From sequence record PZ445431.1: a stretch of 64,000 nt of DNA. The stretch is one strand, 5' to 3'. The translations under genes were made by a program, and so were the position numbers. The first letter of the stretch is position 1, and each line of letters opens with the position of its first letter. The notes beneath the pieces are model-generated. The model saw only the letters and a list, made by a program, of their open reading frames with translations. It searched no databases and was not told the origin of the DNA. The stretch comes from a phage. Of this stretch, positions 42,848 to 51,579 are shown piece by piece.

Positions 42848-43279
42848 ATGCAAAAGATTGATAAAGCACTTTTAATCGCAACAGCAGATAAGTTTGAGCA
42901 AGTTAAAGCTACTTTTAAGGCAGTCTTTCAGTCCTATGTTCAAGACAAATCGAACCCGATTTCTGAGCGTTTGATGATGTGGGAATGTTTTGCTTGCAAT
43001 GCTCTGCTAATTTCCGATTATAAGGGAGAAGTATCTGAGGAATTGCATGAGATCTTTATTAATGAGGATACTCCACGCTATCAGTTAGTGAACTTCCAAG
43101 ATCTAGCTGAGCAAGTTATTCCTGATGATCTTTGGGACAAGTATTACGGTGATCCTGAAGAAGATGGTATGGAACCTGAGAAGTGCATTGAACTGATCTG
43201 TAAAGATCATCCTGAAATTGCTGAGAAATTTGAGTTGGTATTTGCTTCGGAGTTCTCAGGTTTCGTTAACGATTGGTAA
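42848..43279 (+). CDS. hypothetical acidic protein (143 aa)
   Basis: ATG after conserved leader. Confidence 0.55.
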   Translation: MQKIDKALLIATADKFEQVKATFKAVFQSYVQDKSNPISERLMMWECFACNALLISDYKGEVSEELHEIFINEDTPRYQLVNFQDLAEQVIPDDLWDKYYGDPEEDGMEPEKCIELICKDHPEIAEKFELVFASEFSGFVNDW

Positions 43280-43292
43280 ATAAATAATTTAC

Positions 43293-43321
43293 TTGCTAAA
43301 TGTCCAGAAATCTTATATAAT
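43293..43321 (+). promoter_or_regulatory. T5-type early promoter
   Basis: TTGCTA 43293-43298, TATAAT 43316-43321. Confidence 0.7.
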
Positions 43322-43353
43322 ATATTTATAAATTAATGAGAGAGGAAGTTCAA

Positions 43354-43605
43354 ATGGAAAACATGACTAAAACTGAAATGGCAAACGTATTGGCTATCCT
43401 GCTGGACATGCAAGGGTTTGAAGGTCAGCTCATGAAGATGTCTATTCCGGCAATGAAAAAGATGTACGATTCTCTGAACAAGAATGCTATGGCATTCAAC
43501 CTCGCAAAACAGGAAGCACGTTTTGCGAAAGAGCATCAAGCAACTGCCGAACGTCGTGCAGCATCTTTTGAGCGTGAAGTTAAGCAACTAAAAGGTAAGA
43601 AATAA
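43354..43605 (+). CDS. hypothetical protein (83 aa)
   Basis: ATG after conserved leader; track start 43336 lies in the leader. Confidence 0.55.
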   Translation: MENMTKTEMANVLAILLDMQGFEGQLMKMSIPAMKKMYDSLNKNAMAFNLAKQEARFAKEHQATAERRAASFEREVKQLKGKK

Positions 43606-43979
43606 TGACTAACGGAAAATTCTTACTTGTACTAGGGCTGAATGCCCTAGTTTCCCTGGCTATCACGCTTGGTGTTACCGATTTCACGCTCAACCAGCGT
43701 GAGAAGATGGAGGACTTACCTTTATCCTTCTCAGCGGTTGAATATACTAACCAAGAAGCAGATGTTATACGTTACCAAGCTAACCTAGACGAGGGTCTTT
43801 CGAAGTATTCTGGTGTGGAAGTTTTTGATGCGTATAAACTGAATGATATCGCTGAAGCTAAGCTTCAGATTGAAGAAGGTAAACTCTTCTGTAAAGCAAG
43901 TAACTCATCCCTAGTAAAAATTAAGTTTTATGAAACTATAAGCCCCTACATTAAATGTAGTAATGGAGTAACGGATTAA
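43605..43979 (+). CDS. hypothetical exported/membrane-anchored protein (124 aa)
   Basis: N-terminal hydrophobic signal-like segment; ATAATG coupling. Confidence 0.5.
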   Translation: MTNGKFLLVLGLNALVSLAITLGVTDFTLNQREKMEDLPLSFSAVEYTNQEADVIRYQANLDEGLSKYSGVEVFDAYKLNDIAEAKLQIEEGKLFCKASNSSLVKIKFYETISPYIKCSNGVTD

Positions 43980-44260
43980 TGATTACAGAAATTTTAATTG
44001 GATTGCTGGTTCTCACGACTTTAGCAGCAATTGGCGGAATCATTGGCATTATTAATGCTAATAAAAATATGGATAGGATGCGCCTCACTAATGATGGGCT
44101 AGTTAAACGTCTCGTTGAACAGGAAGAAGATATCGAATTAGCACAAAGACGCTCAGATCTTCTTAAAGAAAAGCTAACGAATATTGAAACTCTTGTTGGT
44201 AACACTAAACTTCCTATTAAAGTCCTGCGCGCTCAGGTAATCACGGAGATTAAGAAATGA
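43979..44260 (+). CDS. hypothetical membrane protein (93 aa)
   Basis: N-terminal TM helix, coupled start. Confidence 0.5.
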   Translation: MITEILIGLLVLTTLAAIGGIIGIINANKNMDRMRLTNDGLVKRLVEQEEDIELAQRRSDLLKEKLTNIETLVGNTKLPIKVLRAQVITEIKK

Positions 44261-44502
44261 TGTTAATTATCTTAGCTTTTTATCTGGTTATTGTTGGTGT
44301 TCTGGTTACTAAGTATCATACCTGGATCCCGAAGAACGTTGCTAAAGTAGCACTGTTTGTTCTGCCAGTTCCTATCATCATCGTTGCAATGCTGTTCACG
44401 ATGTTGGCTGGTAAAGTGACAAAAACCGACGTTAAACGCATTGTAGATGAACTACAGCAATCTTCTGACCTGATCGAGGATATTCTGAAAGATGAAGCTT
44501 AA
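44257..44502 (+). CDS. hypothetical membrane protein (81 aa)
   Basis: Two hydrophobic helices, ATGA coupling. Confidence 0.5.
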   Translation: MMLIILAFYLVIVGVLVTKYHTWIPKNVAKVALFVLPVPIIIVAMLFTMLAGKVTKTDVKRIVDELQQSSDLIEDILKDEA

Positions 44503-44824
44503 TTTTAGTGAATTAACCCTGCTGGACGAGTTTCTAGGTTTTGTTACTGAACGTGGGTTTATTAATGTAGATCCTCAGACACTAGAAGTTCTGCAATCTA
44601 TCCAGAATAAAACTAGAACAGATCTAGAAGACTTATGGCGACCGCTTTCTGAGCTAACTCCTCTTAACATGAAAGTGATTGTTAAAAATATTGAAACTGG
44701 TGAAGAACGCGAAATGGTTCGTAAAGAACTGGCTAATAGTTATTCTCCAGAGTCCTTAGTAATGCATCATGACGATGAACCAGAAACACTTTGGACAGCC
44801 CATTACGTTTGGCGTCTGCCTTGA
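44492..44824 (+). CDS. hypothetical protein (110 aa)
   Basis: Coupled ORF. Confidence 0.5.
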   Translation: MKLNFSELTLLDEFLGFVTERGFINVDPQTLEVLQSIQNKTRTDLEDLWRPLSELTPLNMKVIVKNIETGEEREMVRKELANSYSPESLVMHHDDEPETLWTAHYVWRLP

Positions 44825-44924
44825 TTGATTTAACAACTGTTACGGCAATCCTAGTCTTCGGTTTAGTGGTTGCCGTTTTCATAATAGTTGAGCAGGCCAA
44901 AGTAATACGGAGACTTAAAAATAG

Positions 44925-45125
44925 ATGATTAATTTTTATAACCCTAAATTGCAGAAAGCAACGTGGGATTACTTTATAATTCTACCAGCTTTTATGTTAA
45001 GTTGTGCAATCATTAACATTATGTATCAAGAAGCTGGTTGGACAGTCCAAGATTTCCACATTTCACAAGTTCTTCCTTTCATGTATGAAGGCGTTATCGC
45101 AGCAATAAATGGAGTTTGTAAATGA
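44925..45125 (+). CDS. hypothetical membrane protein (66 aa)
   Basis: Hydrophobic ORF. Confidence 0.45.
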   Translation: MINFYNPKLQKATWDYFIILPAFMLSCAIINIMYQEAGWTVQDFHISQVLPFMYEGVIAAINGVCK

Positions 45126-45589
45126 CAGCACTGCAAAGATTACAGAATTACTGGTTTGATGGCCAATTTAATGATTTATTCATCCAGTTGTTTGTCGAAA
45201 CGAACGGACGTTTTAATTACCGCTTCTTTAATACTTTCCATGAAACGAAGTTCTCGCATACAGAGATTAACGCAGCGATTCAAGATCTCACTGGTTCTAA
45301 GGTAATTCCTTATCGTGATGTAGATTTTGCACCTGACTGTTTTGGTTTTGAACTGTTTAAGAAAGCATATAAGTTCGGTAAGTTCGAAGATGCACGACAT
45401 TGGGTTCATGACTTCTGGTATAATACCGATATCGTCCCTAGCCGTGTACTGATCCTCAACTGGATTGCTAAACAACATCCGCCGAAGGCACAATCGGCAT
45501 TCCTTCCAACTGATACAGGAAATCTTTACCATGACACAAAAGAAAAATCCAGTGCTAGAGCAGATGAAGCAGTTGGAGAAGCAGATTGA
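45122..45589 (+). CDS. hypothetical protein (155 aa)
   Basis: Coupled ORF. Confidence 0.5.
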   Translation: MTALQRLQNYWFDGQFNDLFIQLFVETNGRFNYRFFNTFHETKFSHTEINAAIQDLTGSKVIPYRDVDFAPDCFGFELFKKAYKFGKFEDARHWVHDFWYNTDIVPSRVLILNWIAKQHPPKAQSAFLPTDTGNLYHDTKEKSSARADEAVGEAD

Positions 45590-45914
45590 GGAAGGAAGCG
45601 TTGATGGACAGTCAATTGTCAATCATGCTTTTGATCTTACAGTAGGATGTGCTAATCCGCTGGTGGCAGGTGAAACAGCAGATATTCTTGGGCTTTTAAT
45701 GGCAGTTGGCCAGTTAATCGAGATTACCCAAGAAGAGCTAGACAATGATGAAGAAGTAATTGTTCATGATGTTCTTGGTGCTCTAGATCTGATTGTTAAT
45801 GCTTATGCCTATAAACGCCGCCACTCAATTGATGAATATCGAGTTTCTCGTGAGATTACCGAATCTATTCTGGAAACTGCTGATATGGCCTTAAACGGCA
45901 AGCAACTTCACTAA
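45531..45914 (+). CDS. hypothetical acidic protein (about 127 aa)
   Basis: Internal ATG 45531 of track ORF 45465..45914. Confidence 0.45.
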   Translation: MTQKKNPVLEQMKQLEKQIEEGSVDGQSIVNHAFDLTVGCANPLVAGETADILGLLMAVGQLIEITQEELDNDEEVIVHDVLGALDLIVNAYAYKRRHSIDEYRVSREITESILETADMALNGKQLH

Positions 45915-45968
45915 TCCTAGAGGCCAGGACTTAATTGTTCTGGCCTTTCGTGTATCAAGGAATATAAT

Positions 45969-46166
45969 ATGAAATCACTAGATAATTACTTAAAAGCTAA
46001 ATACAGTCCTATAGAAGATCAATCCGCTGTAACTTGTGAAATAAGTCAAAATAATACATTACGATTAGCTCAAAAAGGTGGAGGAGCATCCGCCAGCATT
46101 ATTTGGCTATCCGAAGAACAAGCAAAAGACTTGTACCATAAGCTAGACAAGTTATTTAATAAGTAA
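45969..46166 (+). CDS. hypothetical protein (65 aa)
   Basis: ORF with AAGGAA RBS. Confidence 0.45.
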   Translation: MKSLDNYLKAKYSPIEDQSAVTCEISQNNTLRLAQKGGGASASIIWLSEEQAKDLYHKLDKLFNK

Positions 46167-46167
46167 T

Positions 46168-46686
46168 ATGAGAGATAAAATAAACGAATTACTTTATGAG
46201 GAAGCATTACAATTCCCCATAAATAGATTCACTAAATCAGATGGATCTATTAATAGAACTAAGCTCAAACAACTTCATCCAGATTTCCAGCAAGATGCAC
46301 TTAATCTAATCTTTATTAGAAGAGCTGTAGAAGCACATGGTAAGTTCTTTGGGTATGAAAGAGTTAAGTATAGAACTATGCAACAGCAAGTTGAGATCTA
46401 TTGTCCAGATCATGATGGTTACTTCTTGCAAACTGCACGGTCTCACTTAGAAGGACATGGTTGCCGATTATGTGCACATAAAGTTGTGACACGCTTAACA
46501 GAATATGGAGTGTACACCGTACCAGCACCTTTCCACAAATTTATAGTTGACGGTGAGCACATAATTTGGTATAATAAAGATCAAAAGTTAAAACAGGAGT
46601 TAAAGAAAGATGGAGTACGTAGTCTGGTCAAACCCCTTAGCTCTACTCTCCCACAAACTGTTCAAGACGACGTGGGGAAAGAATGA
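46168..46686 (+). CDS. putative endonuclease-like protein with His/Cys zinc-binding module (paralogue of 48708..49436)
   Basis: Shares HPDFQQDALNLIFI...YGYERV...QTARSHLEGHGC..CA block with 48708..49436. Confidence 0.5.
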   Translation: MRDKINELLYEEALQFPINRFTKSDGSINRTKLKQLHPDFQQDALNLIFIRRAVEAHGKFFGYERVKYRTMQQQVEIYCPDHDGYFLQTARSHLEGHGCRLCAHKVVTRLTEYGVYTVPAPFHKFIVDGEHIIWYNKDQKLKQELKKDGVRSLVKPLSSTLPQTVQDDVGKE

Positions 46687-46894
46687 GATAATTGTTAACG
46701 AGAGTCCTCTTAATCATCAACATCCTTTAGTCCCAGCTCTCTACAAGATTATTATAAATGGTACAGAATACCTAGTAGATGATTTCGGTAAAGAGTTTGT
46801 ACAAGAAGCCATAGACAACAATAACATTTCTATGGGCGAATTAATTAATAGAGCATCTAATTTTGATAAGAGTTGGATGCTAATCTGGGGTTGA
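46610..46894 (+). CDS. hypothetical protein (94 aa); start uncertain
   Basis: Track ORF overlapping previous gene by 77 nt. Confidence 0.3.
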   Translation: MEYVVWSNPLALLSHKLFKTTWGKNEIIVNESPLNHQHPLVPALYKIIINGTEYLVDDFGKEFVQEAIDNNNISMGELINRASNFDKSWMLIWG

Positions 46895-46895
46895 T

Positions 46896-47060
46896 ATGGA
46901 AACATTACTTCTTGTACTACTAGGCGGTTCACTCTTAACCATTCTAGGCTTGATAATTATATGTAGTCGCCTCAATGTTAAGAATCTAGAATTAGATAGT
47001 GAGAATCAGATTCTTAACCGAGAAATTAAACAACATAATACACAGCTCGTAAGCTGTTAG
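46896..47060 (+). CDS. possible small membrane-anchored protein (54 aa)
   Basis: ATG then hydrophobic N-terminus; not in track. Confidence 0.3.
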   Translation: METLLLVLLGGSLLTILGLIIICSRLNVKNLELDSENQILNREIKQHNTQLVSC

Positions 47061-47079
47061 ATAAACTGGAGAATAGATA

Positions 47080-47685
47080 ATGTTTACACAACAAACCATT
47101 AAAGTAGTTGCAGATCATGAACTCGACACATGGGATTACAGCTTTAAAGATCTGACTGCTACAGTACAGTTTAAATCTATGCAACTGTCGTTTTTGCACA
47201 TTGATCTTCAGGCTTGCAAAGAGTTTCAGGCTAAGCTCATGAATGCTCGTAAGATCTTTGGCACAGCTCGCATCCCGGCTGATAATCTGATTAATGCACT
47301 GATCGATGCAGGATACAAACTCGTGAAGACTGAAGTGAACCGCCCGAGTACTACAACTATTCCTCGTAATGACCCTTGGCATATTACTGCACTAACTAAT
47401 TCTGATAAAAGATTAATGTCGGATATGCACAATGTTCCGTGTGGTGGCGTGGTAAGCAATACGCAATCATATAAATTTGGGGAAACATCTAGCGTAGACG
47501 AGTGGAATAAAGCTGGCGTTGCAATGATGGGCTTTGCAAAAGATCGCGGAGCACAAGAAGACTCCGGAGTTTCTAGGAACTCATATACTATCCGTTTGAG
47601 CAATCCTAGAAAAGAGGGAGAGCTTGAAGAAATGTTAACGAAAGTATTCGAAGCTATTGATGCAGATAAAGCTAGAGGTCGTTAA
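47080..47685 (+). CDS. hypothetical protein (201 aa)
   Basis: ORF track; antisense ORFs judged spurious. Confidence 0.55.
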   Translation: MFTQQTIKVVADHELDTWDYSFKDLTATVQFKSMQLSFLHIDLQACKEFQAKLMNARKIFGTARIPADNLINALIDAGYKLVKTEVNRPSTTTIPRNDPWHITALTNSDKRLMSDMHNVPCGGVVSNTQSYKFGETSSVDEWNKAGVAMMGFAKDRGAQEDSGVSRNSYTIRLSNPRKEGELEEMLTKVFEAIDADKARGR

Positions 47686-47993
47686 TGGATATAATTACTC
47701 AGTTTACTGTAGGCCGCTGTAAGGTGGCCACACTCAATAAACATACAGTCGGAGTTAGTACATTATCTGAAAACGAATATGAACAAAAAGAAGATATGCA
47801 GTATATTCTCTTCATTGGTTCAGATGATATGAAGTTACTTAAAGACCTAGTATTTAAGTTACCTCCAAATATAAAAATAACACCTAGAAATATATCTCAC
47901 TTATCTAAGCAGCTAGGGTTTACGTGGATTAAGTTAGATCCTTCAGTGAAATCAGTAACAAAAACTAAACCAAAACCGGATGATTATATATGA
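47685..47993 (+). CDS. hypothetical protein (102 aa)
   Basis: Coupled ORF. Confidence 0.5.
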   Translation: MDIITQFTVGRCKVATLNKHTVGVSTLSENEYEQKEDMQYILFIGSDDMKLLKDLVFKLPPNIKITPRNISHLSKQLGFTWIKLDPSVKSVTKTKPKPDDYI

Positions 47994-48715
47994 GTATAAA
48001 AAAGAATTTAGCAGAGATTATTAAGTTAGCTAGAGCTTGTAATGGAAAGAATGTTTCCGAACTTAATGAGTTAGAAGCTCATGCAGTAGCATTTTGTGCA
48101 GAGTTTTATCCAGCATATATTAATGCTAGTGGGCAACCTAAATATAATAAAGATGCAGAAGAAGTCACATTAGCCCCTTCATACATTAGCTTACGTCGTC
48201 TAATTCAAACTATTGATCCGACTATTAAAGGATTCTCAGCGGATTCATTCCATGTGTTTGCAGATGTAGAACTTCCACATTTTAAGGAAGCAAATGCAAA
48301 GTCAGCATTAGAATGTTATCCAAATATTTTAATGGTTCCACAAAAGCAATGTAAATACGATCATCTTCCTAGACTTATTAAAAAGGTAGAACCTCCTTAT
48401 TCTTCCTTATCTGAATTAAAGCTAGGGATTGTATCTACTCTTACGCAAGTTCATCTAAGTTTAGTTGATGACAATGTTACTTCTAATCCTATTCTAGATG
48501 CCGCACATTATGAAATTCTACGTGACCCTGAGCAAGCTAGAAAAGTTGCAAAGTCAGTTAAGTTTGATATCTCAACAATTCTTGACATTGAACAAGAAAC
48601 GAGACCTAGAGGAAGTGTGGATTATTCTGCGCTTAATTCTGAAGCATCTTATTTAGCGACATTCCTTTTTATGGCATCGAAAGGAGTTATTCTAAAGGTT
48701 AACAAAGATGGATGA
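47990..48715 (+). CDS. hypothetical protein (241 aa)
   Basis: Coupled ORF. Confidence 0.55.
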   Translation: MSIKKNLAEIIKLARACNGKNVSELNELEAHAVAFCAEFYPAYINASGQPKYNKDAEEVTLAPSYISLRRLIQTIDPTIKGFSADSFHVFADVELPHFKEANAKSALECYPNILMVPQKQCKYDHLPRLIKKVEPPYSSLSELKLGIVSTLTQVHLSLVDDNVTSNPILDAAHYEILRDPEQARKVAKSVKFDISTILDIEQETRPRGSVDYSALNSEASYLATFLFMASKGVILKVNKDG

Positions 48716-49436
48716 TTTACGTAGTGAAATTAATAAAAACCTAAGAGAGGAAGCCAGGAGGTTTCCTCTCAAAAACTTTTTAAAGTCAAACGGTTCTACT
48801 AATATTACAAAGATTAGGCAGCTTCATCCAGACTTCCAACAAGAGGCATTAAATCTTATCTTTATTAAGAAAGCATTGAAAGTCCAAAAGGAAGAGTATG
48901 GGTATGAAAGAGTTAACTATAAAACAGCTACTCAATTAGTAGAGATTTGGTGTTACAAACATCAAGGCTATTTTATGCAAACAGCTAGATCCCATCTAGA
49001 AGGGCACGGTTGTTTACAATGTGCTAGAGAAAGCAATCTCAATACACCTATCGAGAAACCGGAAATAGATGAGGATGTTCAGTTTCCCACCTATCTCTAT
49101 ATCTTCTCTAATAAGGATCAGTCTAGGAAGAAATTAAAGACGAAGATTGGAGTTTCTAGAGAGCCACATCAAAGGTTTAAGAATCTAGAATATGATAAAC
49201 TGCGTGTGCCGGGTTTCGAAGATATGGAAGTATTTGGTATATATCAGTATAAGAAAGGATCTAAAGAACTTGCTTATAAAATGGAACATCAAGCACATAA
49301 ATTTTTCGAGAGCAGATTTGCTAATCATTATAAATTCGATGGAGCAAAAGAGATATTCAACGTTAAGGCTGTGGAGGCAGAAGAATATTTATTAAGTCAA
49401 GGATGCATAAAAATTTACCCAACTCCAAACTCATGA
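48708..49436 (+). CDS. putative GIY-YIG/T5orf172-like endonuclease with His/Cys zinc-binding module (paralogue of 46168..46686)
   Basis: N-terminal block shared with 46168 (HPDFQQEALNLIFI, QTARSHLEGHGCLQCA) plus C-terminal YLYIFSNKDQSRKKLKTKIGVSREPHQRFKNL GIY-YIG-like segment. Confidence 0.5.
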   Translation: MDDLRSEINKNLREEARRFPLKNFLKSNGSTNITKIRQLHPDFQQEALNLIFIKKALKVQKEEYGYERVNYKTATQLVEIWCYKHQGYFMQTARSHLEGHGCLQCARESNLNTPIEKPEIDEDVQFPTYLYIFSNKDQSRKKLKTKIGVSREPHQRFKNLEYDKLRVPGFEDMEVFGIYQYKKGSKELAYKMEHQAHKFFESRFANHYKFDGAKEIFNVKAVEAEEYLLSQGCIKIYPTPNS

Positions 49437-49463
49437 TAAAAATTTAAAAGTAACGAAATCTGC

Positions 49464-49493
49464 TTGACATTCGTGAGAATAATGTGTTATAAT
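49464..49493 (+). promoter_or_regulatory. near-consensus sigma70 promoter (TTGACA-N17/18-TATAAT) with no ORF downstream
   Basis: TTGACA at 49464-49469, TTATAAT at 49487-49493; differs from the TTGCTT early promoter class. Confidence 0.5.
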
Positions 49494-49779
49494 AATCTCA
49501 TAGATTAAAAACATCAACTTGTTTTTACCTCTAGGCCGTAGATTTACATCATTCCTCGTAGGAAAACACTTGATGACGGTTCTGCTTGCAGGTTCTCGTC
49601 AATTGTTCTTCCTCCCCGAGACTCAGGAGGATGTATCAAATCGCGCGCGCCTAGAGGGGCTAACTCTCATGAAATGGGGGTATATTAACTTTTAAATAAC
49701 TAAAAATATTTAAAGGCAATATTTATGTTCAAGATGATACACCTGTTGCCGCTCATCTGCTAGGATGGCACAACACTTT

Positions 49780-49960
49780 CTTCTAGGCTCCTAAGTTTCT
49801 AGGAATAGTTAAGCACTAACTCTAGAGTTTACACTAAACTTTAAATCTGTTTCTCACACATTCTAGGGCAGTTTCTCTCCAACGTTACATATCCTAGGGC
49901 GGTTTCCTATACAGGGCGGTTATAGGGAGGGCGGTTATTTCTAGGAGACATTTTTTGAAA
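49780..49960. repeat. short direct repeats (TTTCTAGG x4-5, GGGCGGTT x3)
   Basis: CTTCTAGG, TTTCTAGG, CTAGGGCGGTT, CAGGGCGGTT, GGGAGGGCGGTT read directly. Confidence 0.8.
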
Positions 49961-49979
49961 ACACATTTCTGGAAATTAC

Positions 49980-50580
49980 TGTCGGATTTGCACATTACAT
50001 TTCTAGAAATTTATGGTCGGATTTGCACATTGATAGGAGTCTCCAAAGTTTTTAGGAACACTGAAAATAGCAGCATTATTTCGGGCCGAAGGCCCATATT
50101 TGCCTGAGTTTTTAGAGCCACAGGAATTTTCACTTGTCAAGCGATTTTGCCCCATTTTGCTAATAAAATTTCGCTTTATCTCCCCTAATCTCAATTCTAG
50201 CCAAAACATCCCGCATTATCCTCAAAAATGCAGCAAACCGGTGCTAAAGCACCATCACCGCTGCTCCTTCCGTAGTTCCTCCCAAAATCTCATCGGATTC
50301 GCACTTCTCCCCAAACTCACACAATCACACACCCTCTCATCGAAGTCACAAAAATCTTGTCGGATTTGCACACCTTAACACTTGTCGGATTTGCACATAC
50401 TCTAGTAAACCCAGCTGGATTGCATCGCAGTTGCGGATTGCTGGAGTTTTTAGGAAAATTCATTGTCGGATTTGCACACTATAAAAATTTTTCGGGTAGG
50501 ATTTGCACATTACCAAAAATTGTCGGATTCGCACATACACGCCAGCACGTAACCCATGGAGCAAATGTCGGATTTGCACA
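49980..50580. repeat. iteron array: about 9 direct copies of TGTCGGATTTGCACA (minor variants)
   Basis: Copies at about 49980, 50016, 50291, 50359, 50383, 50464, 50496, 50521, 50566, all same orientation, irregular spacing. Confidence 0.9.
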
Positions 50581-50599
50581 AAAGCGCAGGGCAATTTGC

Positions 50600-50755
50600 C
50601 CTGCCTGCCGAAATGCGAATGATAATGAGAATGATTCGCATTTGAGAAGTTGAATGCGAATGAGAACAGTTATCATTTGACTACCGGAATACGAATGAGA
50701 ATGATTTGCATTTAGGAAGGGAAACGCTAATAATAATGAGAATGACTCGCATTTA
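50600..50755. repeat. second iteron family AATGAGAATGA(T/C)T(C/T)GCATTT (3 full copies plus partial), each embedding short AATGCGAAT/ATTCGCATT inverted motifs
   Basis: Copies at about 50621, 50693, 50733 plus GCGAATGAGAACAG at 50664. Confidence 0.85.
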
Positions 50756-50786
50756 CAAAGCGAAGTGAGAAACACTGTTATTTAAG

Positions 50787-50856
50787 TTATCCACAGGTTT
50801 ATTAACAGCACGATCTGACTTGACAAAATCCTAGTGATTTTGAGGCGTTATCCACA
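50787..50856 (+). promoter_or_regulatory. two perfect DnaA boxes (TTATCCACA) in direct orientation
   Basis: TTATCCACA at 50787-50795 and 50848-50856. Confidence 0.8.
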
Positions 50857-50894
50857 GACTTATCAACAGGTTATTCTACTGTATATTTATACAG
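50848..50894. repeat. left arm of about 47 bp inverted repeat (partner 54593-54639)
   Basis: TTATCCACAGACTTATCAACAGGTTATTCTACTGTATATTTATACAG versus reverse complement of 54593-54639, about 90% identical. Confidence 0.8.
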
Positions 50895-50926
50895 TATTCC
50901 TGCGTAGTGAATAACTCTAATATAGC

Positions 50927-50957
50927 TCTAAAACGCTCTCAAACGCGTTCTAACGCG
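50927..50957. repeat. direct repeat copy 1 (TCTAAAACGCTCTCAAACGCGTTCTAACGCG); partner at 55019-55050
   Basis: Same orientation, about 27/31 matches to 55019-55050. Confidence 0.8.
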
Positions 50958-51041
50958 TTTATTTTTGGGGGAGGTATTTTAATAAGGGGAAATTTGAGGA
51001 AGGCCAGAAAAGACGGGGCCGATAGTTGCGCCCCGTTATTA

Positions 51042-51236
51042 TTAGTCTGGTAGTCGATGTGTGATCTTTTCGCTTTCGCCGTAGGAGTCTACCAAATGTT
51101 GATAGTAACCATCGTTATCATAAATCACTTTATCATAATCGCCACGCTCCACCGCTTGCCGATTTTCCAGCGTATCAGGCACAAAGAAAGTATCAACGGT
51201 AACAGTAGTTTTAGTTACAACAATTTTATCACTCAT
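51042..51236 (-). CDS. hypothetical protein (64 aa), pre-early-region leftward operon
   Basis: ORF in leftward gene string. Confidence 0.45.
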   Translation of the reverse strand: MSDKIVVTKTTVTVDTFFVPDTLENRQAVERGDYDKVIYDNDGYYQHLVDSYGESEKITHRLPD

Positions 51237-51366
51237 AACGCCATTGCTCCTAGAATGAGAATGATTATCAATATCATTGTGAAGCCATTACCAAATCGTA
51301 AACGCTGGGAATGTTTCCCAGCGGTATTATTAGATTTATGGCTTTGTGTTTTTCGCCACCAGCTAT

Positions 51367-51579
51367 TCACGGTTTTAAATTCTCTATAGTTAATTTTGCG
51401 CGAATAGTGATTCCATATAATTCGCCTCCCTTGTTTCTTACATCAGGTAGCCAGTCCCACAATTCATGGTATCCGCTTAAAATTCCTAGCGATGCAAGAT
51501 TAGCAATAAAACCGGCTATAGTAACCGCTTCCAGTGAAATAGTTACACGATTATTAATAACTAAAGTAAACTTTTTCAT
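51367..51579 (-). CDS. hypothetical protein (70 aa)
   Basis: ATGA-coupled to upstream gene. Confidence 0.5.
   Translation of the reverse strand: MKKFTLVINNRVTISLEAVTIAGFIANLASLGILSGYHELWDWLPDVRNKGGELYGITIRAKLTIENLKP

Noticed and set aside
49980-50580. Possible CRISPR array
   Set aside because: Repeat unit only 15 bp, copies not exact, spacing irregular (24-260 bp), no cas genes; better described as iterons.
50100-50775. ORFs 50100..50378, 50357..50653 and 50479..50775 (-)
   Set aside because: Lie entirely within the iteron arrays; translations are repeat-driven (recurrent VGFAH/CKCESF) and lack RBS context.
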